A program made the position numbers and the translations under genes. A DNA stretch of 64,000 bases, from contig CAWFXA010000003.1 of assembly GCA_963819655.1 (NCBI GenBank), positions 416,001 through 480,000 on the forward strand, given 5' to 3'. Under the pieces are notes generated by a model. The model worked only from the letters and a program-made list of their open reading frames with translations, did not search any database and was not told the DNA's origin. Shown in pieces: positions 1-10,029 of the stretch; the stretch's first letter is position 1, and every line of letters starts with the position of its first letter. This DNA is from an uncultured Chloroflexia bacterium (GTDB lineage Bacteria > Chloroflexota > Limnocylindria > Limnocylindrales > CSP1-4).

Positions 1-1
1 G

Positions 2-1198
2 ACAGTCTCGAGCGCCGGGCACGCCTATTTCGCATTGAAGGACGAGCGCAACCAGCTCCAATGCGTGTGGTTCCGCGACGACCGCGTCCGCTCCGCGTTC
101 TCGGCCCAGGCCGGTCTGCGGGTCGTGGTCCACGGCCGCGTCGACCTGTACGAACCGACCGGGTCGATGCAGCTCTATGTCGATTCGATCCAGCCGGCGG
201 GGCTCGGCGATCTCGCGCTGCGGTTCGAGGCACTCAAGGCGCGGCTCGCGGCGGAGGGTCTCTTCGAGACCGCACGCAAGCGCCCGCTGCCTTCCCGCCC
301 ACCGACGATCGCGGTCGTCACCAGCCCGTCCGGAGCCGTGTGGCGCGACATCAGCCACGTCCTGGCCCGGAGGTGGCCGCTCGTCCAGGTCGTTCTTGTT
401 GCCGCGCAGGTCCAGGGCGACGGCGCCCCGGCCAGCATCGTGACTGCGCTCCGGCGGACCGCCCGCTACGCCCAGGCCATGCACGACGCCGGCCGCCCGG
501 ACGACGCGCCGGCGCTGACGATCCTCGCCCGCGGCGGCGGCTCGCTCGAGGACTTGTGGGCTTTCAACGACGAGCGGGTCGTCCGCGCCGTCGTCGCGCA
601 TCCGCTCCCGGTCGTGTGCGGTGTCGGGCACGAGGTCGACGTGACGCTCGCCGATTTCGCGGCCGATGTGCGGGCTCCGACCCCGTCCGCTGCCGCGGAG
701 ATCGTCGTGCCCGATCGCCTCGAGATGGCGGGCGCCCTGCGGCGCGCCGCCGACCGCCTCGCGACCGCCACGGAACGTCGTCTTGCCGCGGCCGGGCGCG
801 ACCTCGCGGTCGAACGTCGTGCTCTCGATCGCGCGAGCCCGGCCGCCCGGCTGGTCGCGGCGCGAGAGCAGGTCGGCCTCCTGTTCGACCGAGCGACGCG
901 CGCCGTCGACGCACGGTTGGCCCAGGAGCGTCTCAGGCTCGCGACCGCGTCATCCGCGTTGCCCCGCTACGCTGCCGCCCGCGTCGCGACCGCGCGGTCG
1001 GCCCTCGACGCTTCTGCAGCCGCGCTGGCCGTCCTCGGTCCGAACGCCACGCTCGAGCGCGGCTACGCGATCGTCCGGCGTGGCCCTGACGGCGCCATCG
1101 TCCGGGATCCGCACGACGCGCCCGCGGGAGCGCCGCTGCGGATCCGCGTGGCGCGCGGCGAGATCGCCGCGACCGTCGACGAGGGGCCCGGCGCATGA
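2..1198 (+). CDS. xseA: Exodeoxyribonuclease VII large subunit (5'-truncated by window edge)
   Basis: Frame is open from position 2 (TVSSAGHAYFALKDE); motifs VVTSPSGAV, RGGGSLEDLWAFNDE, GVGHEVD, APTPSAAAE, LERGYAIV. Confidence 0.97.
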   Translation, partial: TVSSAGHAYFALKDERNQLQCVWFRDDRVRSAFSAQAGLRVVVHGRVDLYEPTGSMQLYVDSIQPAGLGDLALRFEALKARLAAEGLFETARKRPLPSRPPTIAVVTSPSGAVWRDISHVLARRWPLVQVVLVAAQVQGDGAPASIVTALRRTARYAQAMHDAGRPDDAPALTILARGGGSLEDLWAFNDERVVRAVVAHPLPVVCGVGHEVDVTLADFAADVRAPTPSAAAEIVVPDRLEMAGALRRAADRLATATERRLAAAGRDLAVERRALDRASPAARLVAAREQVGLLFDRATRAVDARLAQERLRLATASSALPRYAAARVATARSALDASAAALAVLGPNATLERGYAIVRRGPDGAIVRDPHDAPAGAPLRIRVARGEIAATVDEGPGA

Positions 1199-1335
1199 GC
1201 CAGGACCTCGTCGTGTTCGTGATCGCCGTGGCCGTTCTCGCGATCGTCGGGATCGGCATCGGTATGCTGGTGGCCCCGCGACTCGGGCGGCTGGCCGAGC
1301 GCATCGATGAGGACGCCGGTGACGGGACCGACTGA
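1195..1335 (+). CDS. 46-aa single-pass membrane protein (absent from ORF track)
   Basis: ATGA overlap with xseA stop; MSQDLVVFVIAVAVLAIVGIGIGMLVAPRLGRLAERIDEDAGDGTD. Confidence 0.65.
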   Translation: MSQDLVVFVIAVAVLAIVGIGIGMLVAPRLGRLAERIDEDAGDGTD

Positions 1336-1615
1336 GACGCAGGCGATCGAGGAGACCGAGGAGACCGCGCCGCCGATCGAGGATCTCTCGTTCGATGACG
1401 CCCTCGCCGAGCTCCAGCGGACCATCGCCGAGCTCGAGAGCGGTAACCTGCCCCTCGAGCGGACGCTCGCGTTGCACGAGCGCGGTGCCGCCCTGCTCGA
1501 GCGGTGCGAGACGCTCCTGCGCAGCGCGGAGCTCCGGATGCGCCAGCTCGTCGCCAAGGGCGGTGGACTGGAGACGGTCGCGGTGACCGAGGACCGCACC
1601 CTTGACGAGGGCTGA
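1319..1615 (+). CDS. xseB: Exodeoxyribonuclease VII small subunit
   Basis: LSFDDALAELQRTIAELESGNLPLERTLALHERG...C...L..AE; GTG start after GAGGA. Confidence 0.95.
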   Translation: MTGPTETQAIEETEETAPPIEDLSFDDALAELQRTIAELESGNLPLERTLALHERGAALLERCETLLRSAELRMRQLVAKGGGLETVAVTEDRTLDEG

Positions 1616-1747
1616 TCAGGTTTCCGCAGGCAGGATGTTGAGATTGCCGCGGAACAGGTTGTCGGGGTCGTAGCGAGCCTTCACTCGCTGCAGCCGGATG
1701 TACGTGTCGGCGGGGTAGGCGGCGCGCGCCGGTTCGTCTCGCGCGTC
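1616..1747 (-). pseudogene. C-terminal remnant of an FAD-linked oxidase (berberine-bridge/BBE-type domain)
   Basis: RAAYPADTYIRLQRVKARYDPDNLFRGNLNI matches the BBE C-terminal YDPxNxF pattern; no FAD-binding N-terminus upstream. Confidence 0.75.
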
Positions 1748-1814
1748 GTGACAGCGTGGTCGGGCATCGGGGCATTTGGTATGGAGGCCGCCCGTCCGTA
1801 CCGCAGTGTCACGG

Positions 1815-2003
1815 CCAACGTGAACTACGCGCATGGCAGCGTCCTTAGGTCCCGTACCGCGCCGTTCAACCACTTTCTGCGCCCGTCTATAGGCCATAGA
1901 GCAGCTGTCGATGCGCCATATGCATGGTCGACGGCGTTGAAGCTGTCGACGCAGGGCCTGGAGATCGACATTGCGTCGCCGTCATGCGCGTACTTCATGG
2001 TCG
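1815..2003. repeat. 189-bp inverted-repeat (MITE/REP-like) element, copy A
   Basis: Ends ccaacgtgaactacgcg / cgcgtacttcatggtcg; colinear with 59826-60014. Confidence 0.8.
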
Positions 2004-2288
2004 GACCGGGGCCAGGGCGGGTTTGGGGGCCACGCGTCCGCTGACCGCCCCCTCCAGCGCGGCGATCCGGGAGGTCTGGACGGGCAATTCGTACATCAGC
2101 GAGGTCGTTACGTACGATCTTCGCGCGACGGTCCTGTGACATGCGGCTCGGGGCTCGGACCACAGGCAGAACCTTTCGGGACGACTAGACTGTCGCCCGC
2201 CGTCTTGAGACGTGCGACCCTACGCACCGACATCACAGACGGGCCGCCAGACCCGTCCAGCGACCGACGTATCGGAGCAACCGCCCGC

Positions 2289-4305
2289 GTGACCATCCTC
2301 TCTCAACTCAGCGCTCCGTCCGACCTGCGCGGCATGACCGAGCCCGAGCTCGAGCAACTCGCCGTCGAGATCCGCCGGACGATCGTGTCGACCGTCGCCG
2401 AGACCGGCGGCCACCTCGGCTCCTCGCTCGGTGTCGTCGAGCTGACGATCGCCCTGCATCGACTGCTCGAGTCGCCGCGCGACAGGATCGTGTGGGACAC
2501 CGGTCACCAGGCCTATCCGCATAAGCTGCTGACAGGTCGGCTGGACCAATTCCGGACCCTCCGTTCGCTCGATGGTGTCGGCGGCTTCCCGCGTCGCTCC
2601 GAGTCGCCACACGACGTGTTCGATGGCGGGCACGCCGGGACCGGGTTGTCGATCGCCGAGGGCCTCGCGGAGGCTCGCGACCTGCGTCACGGGATGGAAC
2701 GGATCGCGGTCGTGGTCGGTGACGCCGCGCTGATGAGCGGACTGTCGCTCGAGGCGCTCAACGACATCGGTCAGCGCAAGACCCAGATGCTGATCGTCGT
2801 GAACGACAACGAGATGTCGATCAGCCCGACGGTCGGCGCGTTCTCCAAGTACCTCTCGCAGATCAAGCTGTCCGGTGCGTGGCGCCAGAGCCGCAGCGCG
2901 TATGACCGCGCGGTGCTCCGTGTTCCCGTGTTTGGCCCGCATCTGCTCGAGTTGTCGAGGCGGCTGCGCGCCTCGGTCGTCCGCTTCGCCCAGCCGGGCC
3001 AGCTGTTCGAGGATCTCGGCATCACGTACATCGGCGTCGTGCCGGGCCACGACCTCCGTGCCCTCCTCGAGACCCTCGGGGCCGCGCTGGCCCTGCCGGG
3101 CCCGATCATCGTTCACGTCCGCACCCAGAAGGGGCACGGATACCGGCCGGCGATCGAGGACCAGGTCGGCTTCCACGGTGCGGCGCTGCCACCGATGCAG
3201 CTGGCGCCCGAGACCGACGCGTACGACGGCGTGAAGACCGCACCGGCCAGGGCTCCCGACCGAGTCGATGACCGACGACGCGGCCTCACCGACTCCGGAG
3301 CCCGCGGCGCCGAAGAAGAACCCGAACTACACCGCCGTGTTCGCGGCCGAGCTCATCGAGGCGGCTCGGGACGACCGCCGCGTCGTCGGGATCACGGCCG
3401 GCATGCCGACCGGGACCGGTATGTCGAAGCTCGCCCAGGTCTTCCCGGAGCGTGTCTTCGACGTCGGGATCGCCGAGCAGCACGCGATGACTCTTGCGAC
3501 CGGTCTGGCCATGGGCGGCATGCGCCCGGTCGTCGCCTTGTACTCCACGTTCCTCCAGCGGGCGTTCGACCAGACCGTCCACGACGTGTGCCAGAACGAC
3601 CAGCCGGTCCTCATCGCCGTCGACCGGGCTGGGCTCGTGGGTGAGGACGGGACGAGCCACCAGGGCATGTTCACGCTTCCAGCGCAGCGCCAGCTCCCGA
3701 ACCTCGTCATCGCCTCGCCGAAGGACGAGCAGGAGCTGCGGTCGCTGCTCCGGACCGCGCTCGCCCAGGACCACCCGTTCGCGCTCCACTACCCGCGTGA
3801 CCCGGGCTTCGGGCTGGAGCCGATCGATCCGGTCGTGCTGCCGGTCGGGCAGGGCGAGACGATCCAGGAGGGGCGCGACCTGCTGTTCGTCGGGTTCGGG
3901 CCGATCGTCGCGCGCGCTATCGATGCGGCGGCCACGCTCGCGGCCGACGGCTGGTCGATCGGTGTGATCAACGCCAGGTTCGCGAAGCCACTCGACCGCC
4001 AGCTGATCCTCGACGCGGCGCGCGGCAAGCGCCTCGTGGTGACATTCGAGGAGAGCGTGGTCGCCGGCGGGTTCGGGAGCGCGGTGCTGGAGCTGATCGA
4101 GGAGGCGCGCCTCGCGGACGCCGACTATCGGGACGTGGCGGTGCGGATCGTCGGCATCCCGGGAGACCGCTTCGTGGACCACGGGTCGGTGGCAGATCTC
4201 CGTCGCGTCCTGCGGCTCGACGCACCTGGCCTCGTCGAGCAGGTGCGCGACACGCTCGCCACGCTGCGGCTGGCTCCGGGTCGGTCGACCTCCGACATCG
4301 CTTAG
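2289..4305 (+). CDS. dxs: 1-deoxy-D-xylulose-5-phosphate synthase, frameshifted near 3255
   Basis: GGHLGSSLGVVELT, WDTGHQAYPHK, GDAAL..G, NDNEMSI in the first frame; DVGIAEQHA, YSTFLQRAFDQ, DRAGLVGEDG in the second frame (3268-4305). Removing one C from gctcccgacc restores one ORF. Confidence 0.93.
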
Positions 4306-4319
4306 GACTCGGCTCGGGA

Positions 4320-4461
4320 CGCTGCGAACGGCGCGTTCACCCGGTACATGTTCCTCGCCCGTGAGGGGACCCTCGACGAGTTGTTCGCAACGGGCGCGCC
4401 GTTCACGGTCCTCGCATGGGTCCTCGCCCACGGATCGTCGGACGCCAGCCCCGTCACAGCG
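4320..4461. repeat. ~140-bp intergenic element: inverted ends plus two ~70-bp degenerate units
   Basis: cgctgcgaac (4320) is inverted to gttcgcaacg (4383) and to ccgtcacagcg (4451); the block gttcac..catg..cctcgccc occurs twice. Confidence 0.45.
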
Positions 4462-4552
4462 CAGGCGCGGGAGCGCGGCCAGGGCTCGTAAGGTCGAGGC
4501 CCGATAGACGTCATACGGGCGTGAACGTCTCGTCGACCGGCCGAGAGGGGCC

Positions 4553-5644
4553 ATGAACGGTCGCGGCTGGGGATCCATGCGACAGGTGTCGGTGGTGATG
4601 GCGCTTGGTGTCGCGTGCGTGATCGGCGACATCGGCTGGGCGCCGGTCGCGCCCCCGACGAGCGTCAGCGCACGATCCCGGCTCCCGGGAACGGCCGGCA
4701 CGCCGGTCTCTAACGTGCCAGCCGCCGCGGTCCGCCGCCCGTCGATCGCGCCGACCACCATGTCGCCTCCCGAGACAAGGCCGCAGCCCGGCATCGCGGC
4801 GCCGTATCGCATGACTGCATTCGACATCCAGGATCTCGGACCGAACGAGGTGCCGTACGCGGACACGCGCATCCCATCGACCGGGCCGCCGCCACTCCAC
4901 GACCGCGACGGCCTGCCGATCAAGATCGTCGACGGTCGGCGGCACTACAGCCCGTCCGGCCTGGCGCAATTCGGTCTGCGCTACGAGGACGCGTATCGAC
5001 GCACGCGAGACCCCGCCCATCTCGAGATCGCCCGCAAGGCCCTCGGCAAGCTGATGGACCTCGGCGTCGAGGCGAATGGCGGCCTGTTCATCCCGTACAG
5101 GTTCGACTTCGCGATGCACGGCATCGAGAACGAGGTCATGCGCGCACCCTGGTATTCGGCGATGGCCCAGGGGCTGGCGCTGTCGCTCGCGATACGGCTC
5201 CACCGGGACACCGAGGAAAGGGGCTTCCGCGACGACGCCGATCGTCTCTTTGCCTCGTTCCTGACCGTCCGCCGCGGCCCCGATCCGTGGGTGACATATG
5301 TCGACGACGGCTTCCTGTGGCTCGAGGAGTATCCGGAGCCCACGACGCCGTCCGACCACACCGCCAACGGCTTCAATTTCGCGGTGTTCGGGATCTACGA
5401 CTACTACCAGGCGACCCGCGAGCCGGCCGCGCTGCGGATCCTGCGTGCGAGCCTCACGACCATGCGCCACCACGTCGCCGACTTCCGCGTGCCCGGCGGG
5501 GTCAGCAGGTACTGCCTCCGCCACGGCCGGCCCCAGGTCAAGTACCACCGCGTGCTCATCTGGCAGCTCAGGTTCCTGTCGTCGATGAGCGGCGACCCGT
5601 ATTTCGCCAAGATGTCGAGGAAGCTGACCGCCGACCATCCCTGA
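4553..5644 (+). CDS. Secreted D-glucuronyl C5-epimerase family protein
   Basis: N-terminal hydrophobic segment and Pro-rich linker; PWYSAMAQGLALS, WLEEYP, NGFNFAVFGIYDYY, SRYCL, YHRVLIWQL match the C5-epimerase C-terminal domain. Confidence 0.85.
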   Translation: MNGRGWGSMRQVSVVMALGVACVIGDIGWAPVAPPTSVSARSRLPGTAGTPVSNVPAAAVRRPSIAPTTMSPPETRPQPGIAAPYRMTAFDIQDLGPNEVPYADTRIPSTGPPPLHDRDGLPIKIVDGRRHYSPSGLAQFGLRYEDAYRRTRDPAHLEIARKALGKLMDLGVEANGGLFIPYRFDFAMHGIENEVMRAPWYSAMAQGLALSLAIRLHRDTEERGFRDDADRLFASFLTVRRGPDPWVTYVDDGFLWLEEYPEPTTPSDHTANGFNFAVFGIYDYYQATREPAALRILRASLTTMRHHVADFRVPGGVSRYCLRHGRPQVKYHRVLIWQLRFLSSMSGDPYFAKMSRKLTADHP

Positions 5645-5707
5645 TCGTCGGGAGCCACCGCTGCCGGCGGTGAGTCCGCGTGAAGCGGGCTGTGCCACGA
5701 TAGGCCG

Positions 5708-6520
5708 GTGAGCCCGACCGTCACGCATCGGACGAGCAAGGTCCGTCTCGACCAGCTCCTCGTGGACCGCGGCCTGGCCGACACCAGGGCAAAGGCCCAG
5801 GCCCTCGTGCTGGCCGGCAAGGTGCTCGTCGGGGACGGCGATAGCGGCCGCCGCGATCGCAAGCCCGGCGACCAGGTCGATGTTACCGCGACCGTCCGCG
5901 TCGAGGCTCCGGAGCCGTATGTCAGCCGAGGCGGCCACAAGCTTGCAGCCGCCCTCGACGCGTTCGGGATAAACCCTGCGGGCGTGACGGCGCTGGACGT
6001 CGGCGCCTCGACGGGCGGCTTCACCGACGTCCTGTTGCAGCGCGGCGCGCGCCACGTCTACGCTCTCGACGTGGGTCGCGCTCAGCTCGCCGAGTCGTTG
6101 CGTCGCGATCCCCGCGTCACCTCGCTCGAGCGGACCAACGCGCGTGCCCTGACCGCGACGACCCTGCCCGCGCCGATCGACCTCGCCGTCATCGACGTCG
6201 CGTTCATCTCGCTCGACAAGATCCTCGGCCCCGTCCAGACGACCATGGCTCCCACCGGGCATATCGTCGCCCTCGTGAAGCCCCAGTTCGAGGCCGGCAA
6301 GGGTCGAACCGACAAGGGCGTCGTCCGCGACCCAGCCATCCACCGGGAGGTGCTCGAGCGAGTCACGGGTCATGCACGCACGCTCGGCCTCGGCACCCGC
6401 GATGTGATCGCTTCGCCGATCCTCGGTCCGGAGGGCAACCGCGAGTTCCTGGTTCACTTAGCCGCCGGTCCCAGCTGTGCTGACCTGCCTGCCCGCATCG
6501 TGGGGGTCGCCGGCACGTGA
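5708..6520 (+). CDS. tlyA: TlyA family rRNA 2'-O-methyltransferase
   Basis: S4-like RLDQLLV; YVSRGGHKL, LDVGASTGGFTD, LVKPQFE, GPEGNREF. Confidence 0.96.
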   Translation: MSPTVTHRTSKVRLDQLLVDRGLADTRAKAQALVLAGKVLVGDGDSGRRDRKPGDQVDVTATVRVEAPEPYVSRGGHKLAAALDAFGINPAGVTALDVGASTGGFTDVLLQRGARHVYALDVGRAQLAESLRRDPRVTSLERTNARALTATTLPAPIDLAVIDVAFISLDKILGPVQTTMAPTGHIVALVKPQFEAGKGRTDKGVVRDPAIHREVLERVTGHARTLGLGTRDVIASPILGPEGNREFLVHLAAGPSCADLPARIVGVAGT

Positions 6521-7362
6521 CGGTCAAGCGCATCGGTTTCGCGTACAACCCGACCATCGAGGCGACGATCGAGCTCGCGGCACGGGCGTCGGGCTGGTGC
6601 CGCCTGCGCGGCATCGACGAATGGCAGGCGCAGAGCGGCGATCTCGAGGCGCTTCGGCGCGAGCTGCCGACGACCGATGCCCTCGTCGTGCTCGGCGGGG
6701 ACGGCACGTTCCTGCGGGCCGCCATGGCCGTCGCCGAGATCGATGTCCCGATCCTCGGCATCAACCTGGGCAAGGTCGGCTTCCTGTCGAAAGCCGAAGC
6801 CGCTGAGCTCGAGCCCGTGCTCGAGAAGATCGCCGGGGGAGAGTTCACGCTCGACGAGCGGATGGTCCTCGAGGGCCACATCCTGCGCCGCGGCGCGGCG
6901 GGGGAGGGGCCGCGTCACATCGCGCTCAACGACATCGTCATCGCGCGTGGCTCGCTTGCCCGCGTGTGCCGGCTCGACGTCAGCATCGACGACACCCACC
7001 TTGCCACCTTCATCGCCGACGGCCTGGTGGTAGCGAGCCCCACGGGGAGCACCGGCTACTCGTTCTCCGCCGGTGGCCCGATCCTCGACCCGATCAGCCG
7101 CAACCTCGTCGTGACGCCGATCGCTGCGTACCTCTCGGCCATCCGCTCGGTCGTCGTCAGCCCAGAACAGGTCGTTCGCTGCCGGGTGGTCGACGCGCAC
7201 GAAGCGCTTGTCTCGGTCGATGGGCGGGAGGACCTGCCGATCGCTGTCGGCGACGTCGTCGAGGTCCGTGCGATGGAGCGACCGATCCGGCTGATCGAGC
7301 CGCGTGGCGCGCAGCCGTTCTGGGACCTGCTCCGCCACAAGGTCGAGCTCCTGCCGTCGTGA
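6517..7362 (+). CDS. nadK: NAD(+) kinase
   Basis: GGDGTFL, GINLGKVGFL, ALND, DGLVVASPTGSTGYSFSAGGP. Confidence 0.96.
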   Translation: MTVKRIGFAYNPTIEATIELAARASGWCRLRGIDEWQAQSGDLEALRRELPTTDALVVLGGDGTFLRAAMAVAEIDVPILGINLGKVGFLSKAEAAELEPVLEKIAGGEFTLDERMVLEGHILRRGAAGEGPRHIALNDIVIARGSLARVCRLDVSIDDTHLATFIADGLVVASPTGSTGYSFSAGGPILDPISRNLVVTPIAAYLSAIRSVVVSPEQVVRCRVVDAHEALVSVDGREDLPIAVGDVVEVRAMERPIRLIEPRGAQPFWDLLRHKVELLPS

Positions 7363-9101
7363 GCGTGACGGTGCCGGACACGGAAGACGCCGGTCGGTTG
7401 GTCGAGCTCACAGTCACCGACCTCGCGCTGATCGACCGCCTGCGGCTCGAGTTCGATGCCGGCTTCAACGTCATCACCGGCGAGACAGGGGCCGGCAAGA
7501 GCCTGCTCATCGACGCGCTCGGGCTGGCGATGGGCGCCCGCGCCGACACGACGCTGGTTCGCCACGGGATGGACACGGCGCGGGTCGAGGCCCTGTTCGA
7601 CCGCTTGCCGGAGCCGCTCATCGCGGTCCGCGAGGTCGCTGCCAGCGGCCGATCGACCGCCCGGCTCGATGACGCGACCGTCACCGCGGCCCGCCTGGCC
7701 GACGAGGTCGGCGGCCTCGTCGAGATCCACGGACAGCACGACCAGGGACGGTTGCTCGATGAGCGCTGGCAACGCGACCTGCTCGATGGCTTCGGGGAGC
7801 ACGAGGTGCTGCGCACGGCGATGGTCTCCGCGGTCGAGCGCTGGCGCGAGAACCGGGCCGTGCTCGACGCGGCGGCGCTGGATCCCCGCGAGGTCGCCCG
7901 GCGCCTCGACCTGCTCGAGCACGAGTCGAGCGAGATCGCGCGGGCGAACCTGCGGCCGGGTGAGGCCGAGGAGATCCGCGGGAGACTGACCGCGGCCCAG
8001 CATGGCGAGGCGATCGCCCGGGGAGCGGCCGCGCTCCGAGAGGCATTGACCCAGGAGGGTGCGGGGGCACGTGACGCGACAGCCATCGCCCTCAACGAGG
8101 CGCGCGGGATCGCGCGGCTCGACCCGCGGTTCGAGCCGCTGGCAGAACGACTGGCGGGTCTCGAGGCAGAGCTCGCCGACGTCGCCGACGAGGCACGTCG
8201 GCTGGCCGAAGGCGTCGATCACGATCCGCGTGCGGTGGCCGAGCTCGATGCGCGACTGGGTGTCATCCACGGTCTGCTCCGCCGATACGGCGACGACGAG
8301 GCGTCGGTGCTCGCGCACGGGCAACGTGCCGCGGCGGAGGCCGAGCGCCTGCGAGGGCTCGACGAGGAACGCGCCCAGCGCCAACGCGAGGACGCCCGGC
8401 TCCTGGCCGACGTCGGCAGCGCGGCCTGGGCCTTATCAGCGGCCCGTCGAGGCGCCGCCGCTTCGTTGACGGTCGCCGTCGCGACCATACTCGAGGAGCT
8501 CGGGTTCCCGCCTGGCGTGTTCGAGGTGGCCATCGGTCGCCGGCCCGCGGGTCCCGGCGAGCCGGCGGTCGAGGTCGACGGCGATGCCGTCGCATTCGAT
8601 GGGTCTGGCATCGACGAGGTCGTCTACCAGCTCGCCCCGAACCCCGGCGAGCCTGCACGACCGCTGGCCAGGATCGCGTCGGGCGGCGAGCTGTCACGGG
8701 TCGCGCTGGCGATCAAGCGTGTCCTCGCCGAGGCCGACGCGACGCCCACGCTCGTGTTCGACGAGGTCGACACGGGGATCGGTGGCCGCAGCGCCGATCC
8801 GATCGGTCGCTCGCTGTGGGGCCTTGCGCGCCGTCATCAGGTCCTGTGCGTGACGCACCTCCCGCAGATCGCCTCGCACGCCGACGCGCACTACCGGATC
8901 GTCAAACGGGAGCGCGACGGCCGGACCGTGACCGAGGTCGAGCGACTCGACCGCGAGGGCCGCATCGTCGAGCTGGCGGCGATGCTCGGGGGCGGACCGG
9001 GCGACGCGGCGGCGCTCGCGTCGGCGCGCGAGCTGCTCGACCGGGCGGAGGCGTGGCGTGCCGGGCCGGTCGGCGCCGCGGGTGGCGACCGCTCGGCGTG
9101 A
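7359..9101 (+). CDS. recN: DNA repair protein RecN
   Basis: ITGETGAGKS, EIHGQHD, IASGGELSR, VFDEVDTGIGG, VTHLPQIA; GTGA overlap with nadK. Confidence 0.96.
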   Translation: MSVTVPDTEDAGRLVELTVTDLALIDRLRLEFDAGFNVITGETGAGKSLLIDALGLAMGARADTTLVRHGMDTARVEALFDRLPEPLIAVREVAASGRSTARLDDATVTAARLADEVGGLVEIHGQHDQGRLLDERWQRDLLDGFGEHEVLRTAMVSAVERWRENRAVLDAAALDPREVARRLDLLEHESSEIARANLRPGEAEEIRGRLTAAQHGEAIARGAAALREALTQEGAGARDATAIALNEARGIARLDPRFEPLAERLAGLEAELADVADEARRLAEGVDHDPRAVAELDARLGVIHGLLRRYGDDEASVLAHGQRAAAEAERLRGLDEERAQRQREDARLLADVGSAAWALSAARRGAAASLTVAVATILEELGFPPGVFEVAIGRRPAGPGEPAVEVDGDAVAFDGSGIDEVVYQLAPNPGEPARPLARIASGGELSRVALAIKRVLAEADATPTLVFDEVDTGIGGRSADPIGRSLWGLARRHQVLCVTHLPQIASHADAHYRIVKRERDGRTVTEVERLDREGRIVELAAMLGGGPGDAAALASARELLDRAEAWRAGPVGAAGGDRSA

Positions 9102-10009
9102 ACCTCGATCGCGCGATCGACGACTACCTGTCGTACCTGCATGTCGAGCGCGGCCTGGCCGACGCGACGATCCGCGCATATCGCGGCGATCTGCGCGATT
9201 TCGAGCAGGACACCGCGACCGGGCACGAGGCCTGGGACCGCTCCGCCGATGCGGCCGTGCGCTACCTGGCCGCACGGACCCACCGCGGCCAGACCGGGGA
9301 GCGTTCGTTGGCGCCCACGAGCCTCCGTCGGCGAGCGGCAGCGCTCAAGGGCTTCTACCGATTCGCGTTCGGCGAGGGGATCATCGAGGTCGATGTCGCG
9401 ACCCACCTCGACCTGCCTCGCCAGAGCCGCCGCCTGCCCGACACGCTCGACGTGGGGGAGGTGGAGCGTTTGCTCGAGGCCGCGTCGTCGGGCGGCGTCC
9501 GGGACCGAGCGCTGCTCGAGCTGCTGTACGCCGCCGGACTGCGGGTGAGCGAGGCGATCGGGCTCGATCGCGAGGACCTGTCGCTCGACGGGGCTTTCGT
9601 GCGGGTCATCGGCAAGGGCGACAAGGAACGGCTGGTGCCGATCGGCGAGATCTCGATCGACCACCTGAGCGCCTGGCTGGACGGACCGCGAGCGGCGCTC
9701 CTGGCACACCACCACGTCGAGCCGGTCCGCGGCGGCCCGCTGTTCCTGGGTGACCGCGGCCGACGCCTCGCACGCCAGCAGGCGTGGTCCGCGGTGAACG
9801 CGGCCGCGGACCGAGCGGGCCTCGGCGGTCGGGTGAGCCCGCACACGCTGCGACACTCGTTCGCCACCCACCTGTTGGAAGGCGGCGCCGACCTCCGGGT
9901 CGTCCAGGAGTTGCTCGGGCATGCGAGTATCTCCACGACCCAGCTGTACACGCATCTGACCGGGGAGCGGATCCGGGACGTCTATCGTCGGGCCCATCCG
10001 CGGGCTTGA
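9098..10009 (+). CDS. xerD: Tyrosine recombinase XerD
   Basis: RDRALLELLYAAGLRVSE, GKGDKERLVP, SPHTLRHSFATHLLEGGADLRVVQELLGH, TTQLYTH, HPRA terminus. Confidence 0.9.
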   Translation: MNLDRAIDDYLSYLHVERGLADATIRAYRGDLRDFEQDTATGHEAWDRSADAAVRYLAARTHRGQTGERSLAPTSLRRRAAALKGFYRFAFGEGIIEVDVATHLDLPRQSRRLPDTLDVGEVERLLEAASSGGVRDRALLELLYAAGLRVSEAIGLDREDLSLDGAFVRVIGKGDKERLVPIGEISIDHLSAWLDGPRAALLAHHHVEPVRGGPLFLGDRGRRLARQQAWSAVNAAADRAGLGGRVSPHTLRHSFATHLLEGGADLRVVQELLGHASISTTQLYTHLTGERIRDVYRRAHPRA

Positions 10010-10029
10010 GCAGGAGGGACACGCCAGAG

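Noticed and set aside
1815-2003. Integron attC interpretation of the TIR elements
   Set aside because: No RYYYAAC/GTTRRRY core sites, the copies are dispersed rather than arrayed, and there is no IntI-type integrase.
2140-2288. TPP riboswitch upstream of dxs
   Set aside because: Hairpins and a TAGACT -10 are present, but the conserved TPP aptamer core motifs are not recognisable.
9098-10009. Tyrosine recombinase as a mobile-element integrase
   Set aside because: It has XerD-type motifs, a housekeeping context coupled to recN, and no att sites or cargo nearby.
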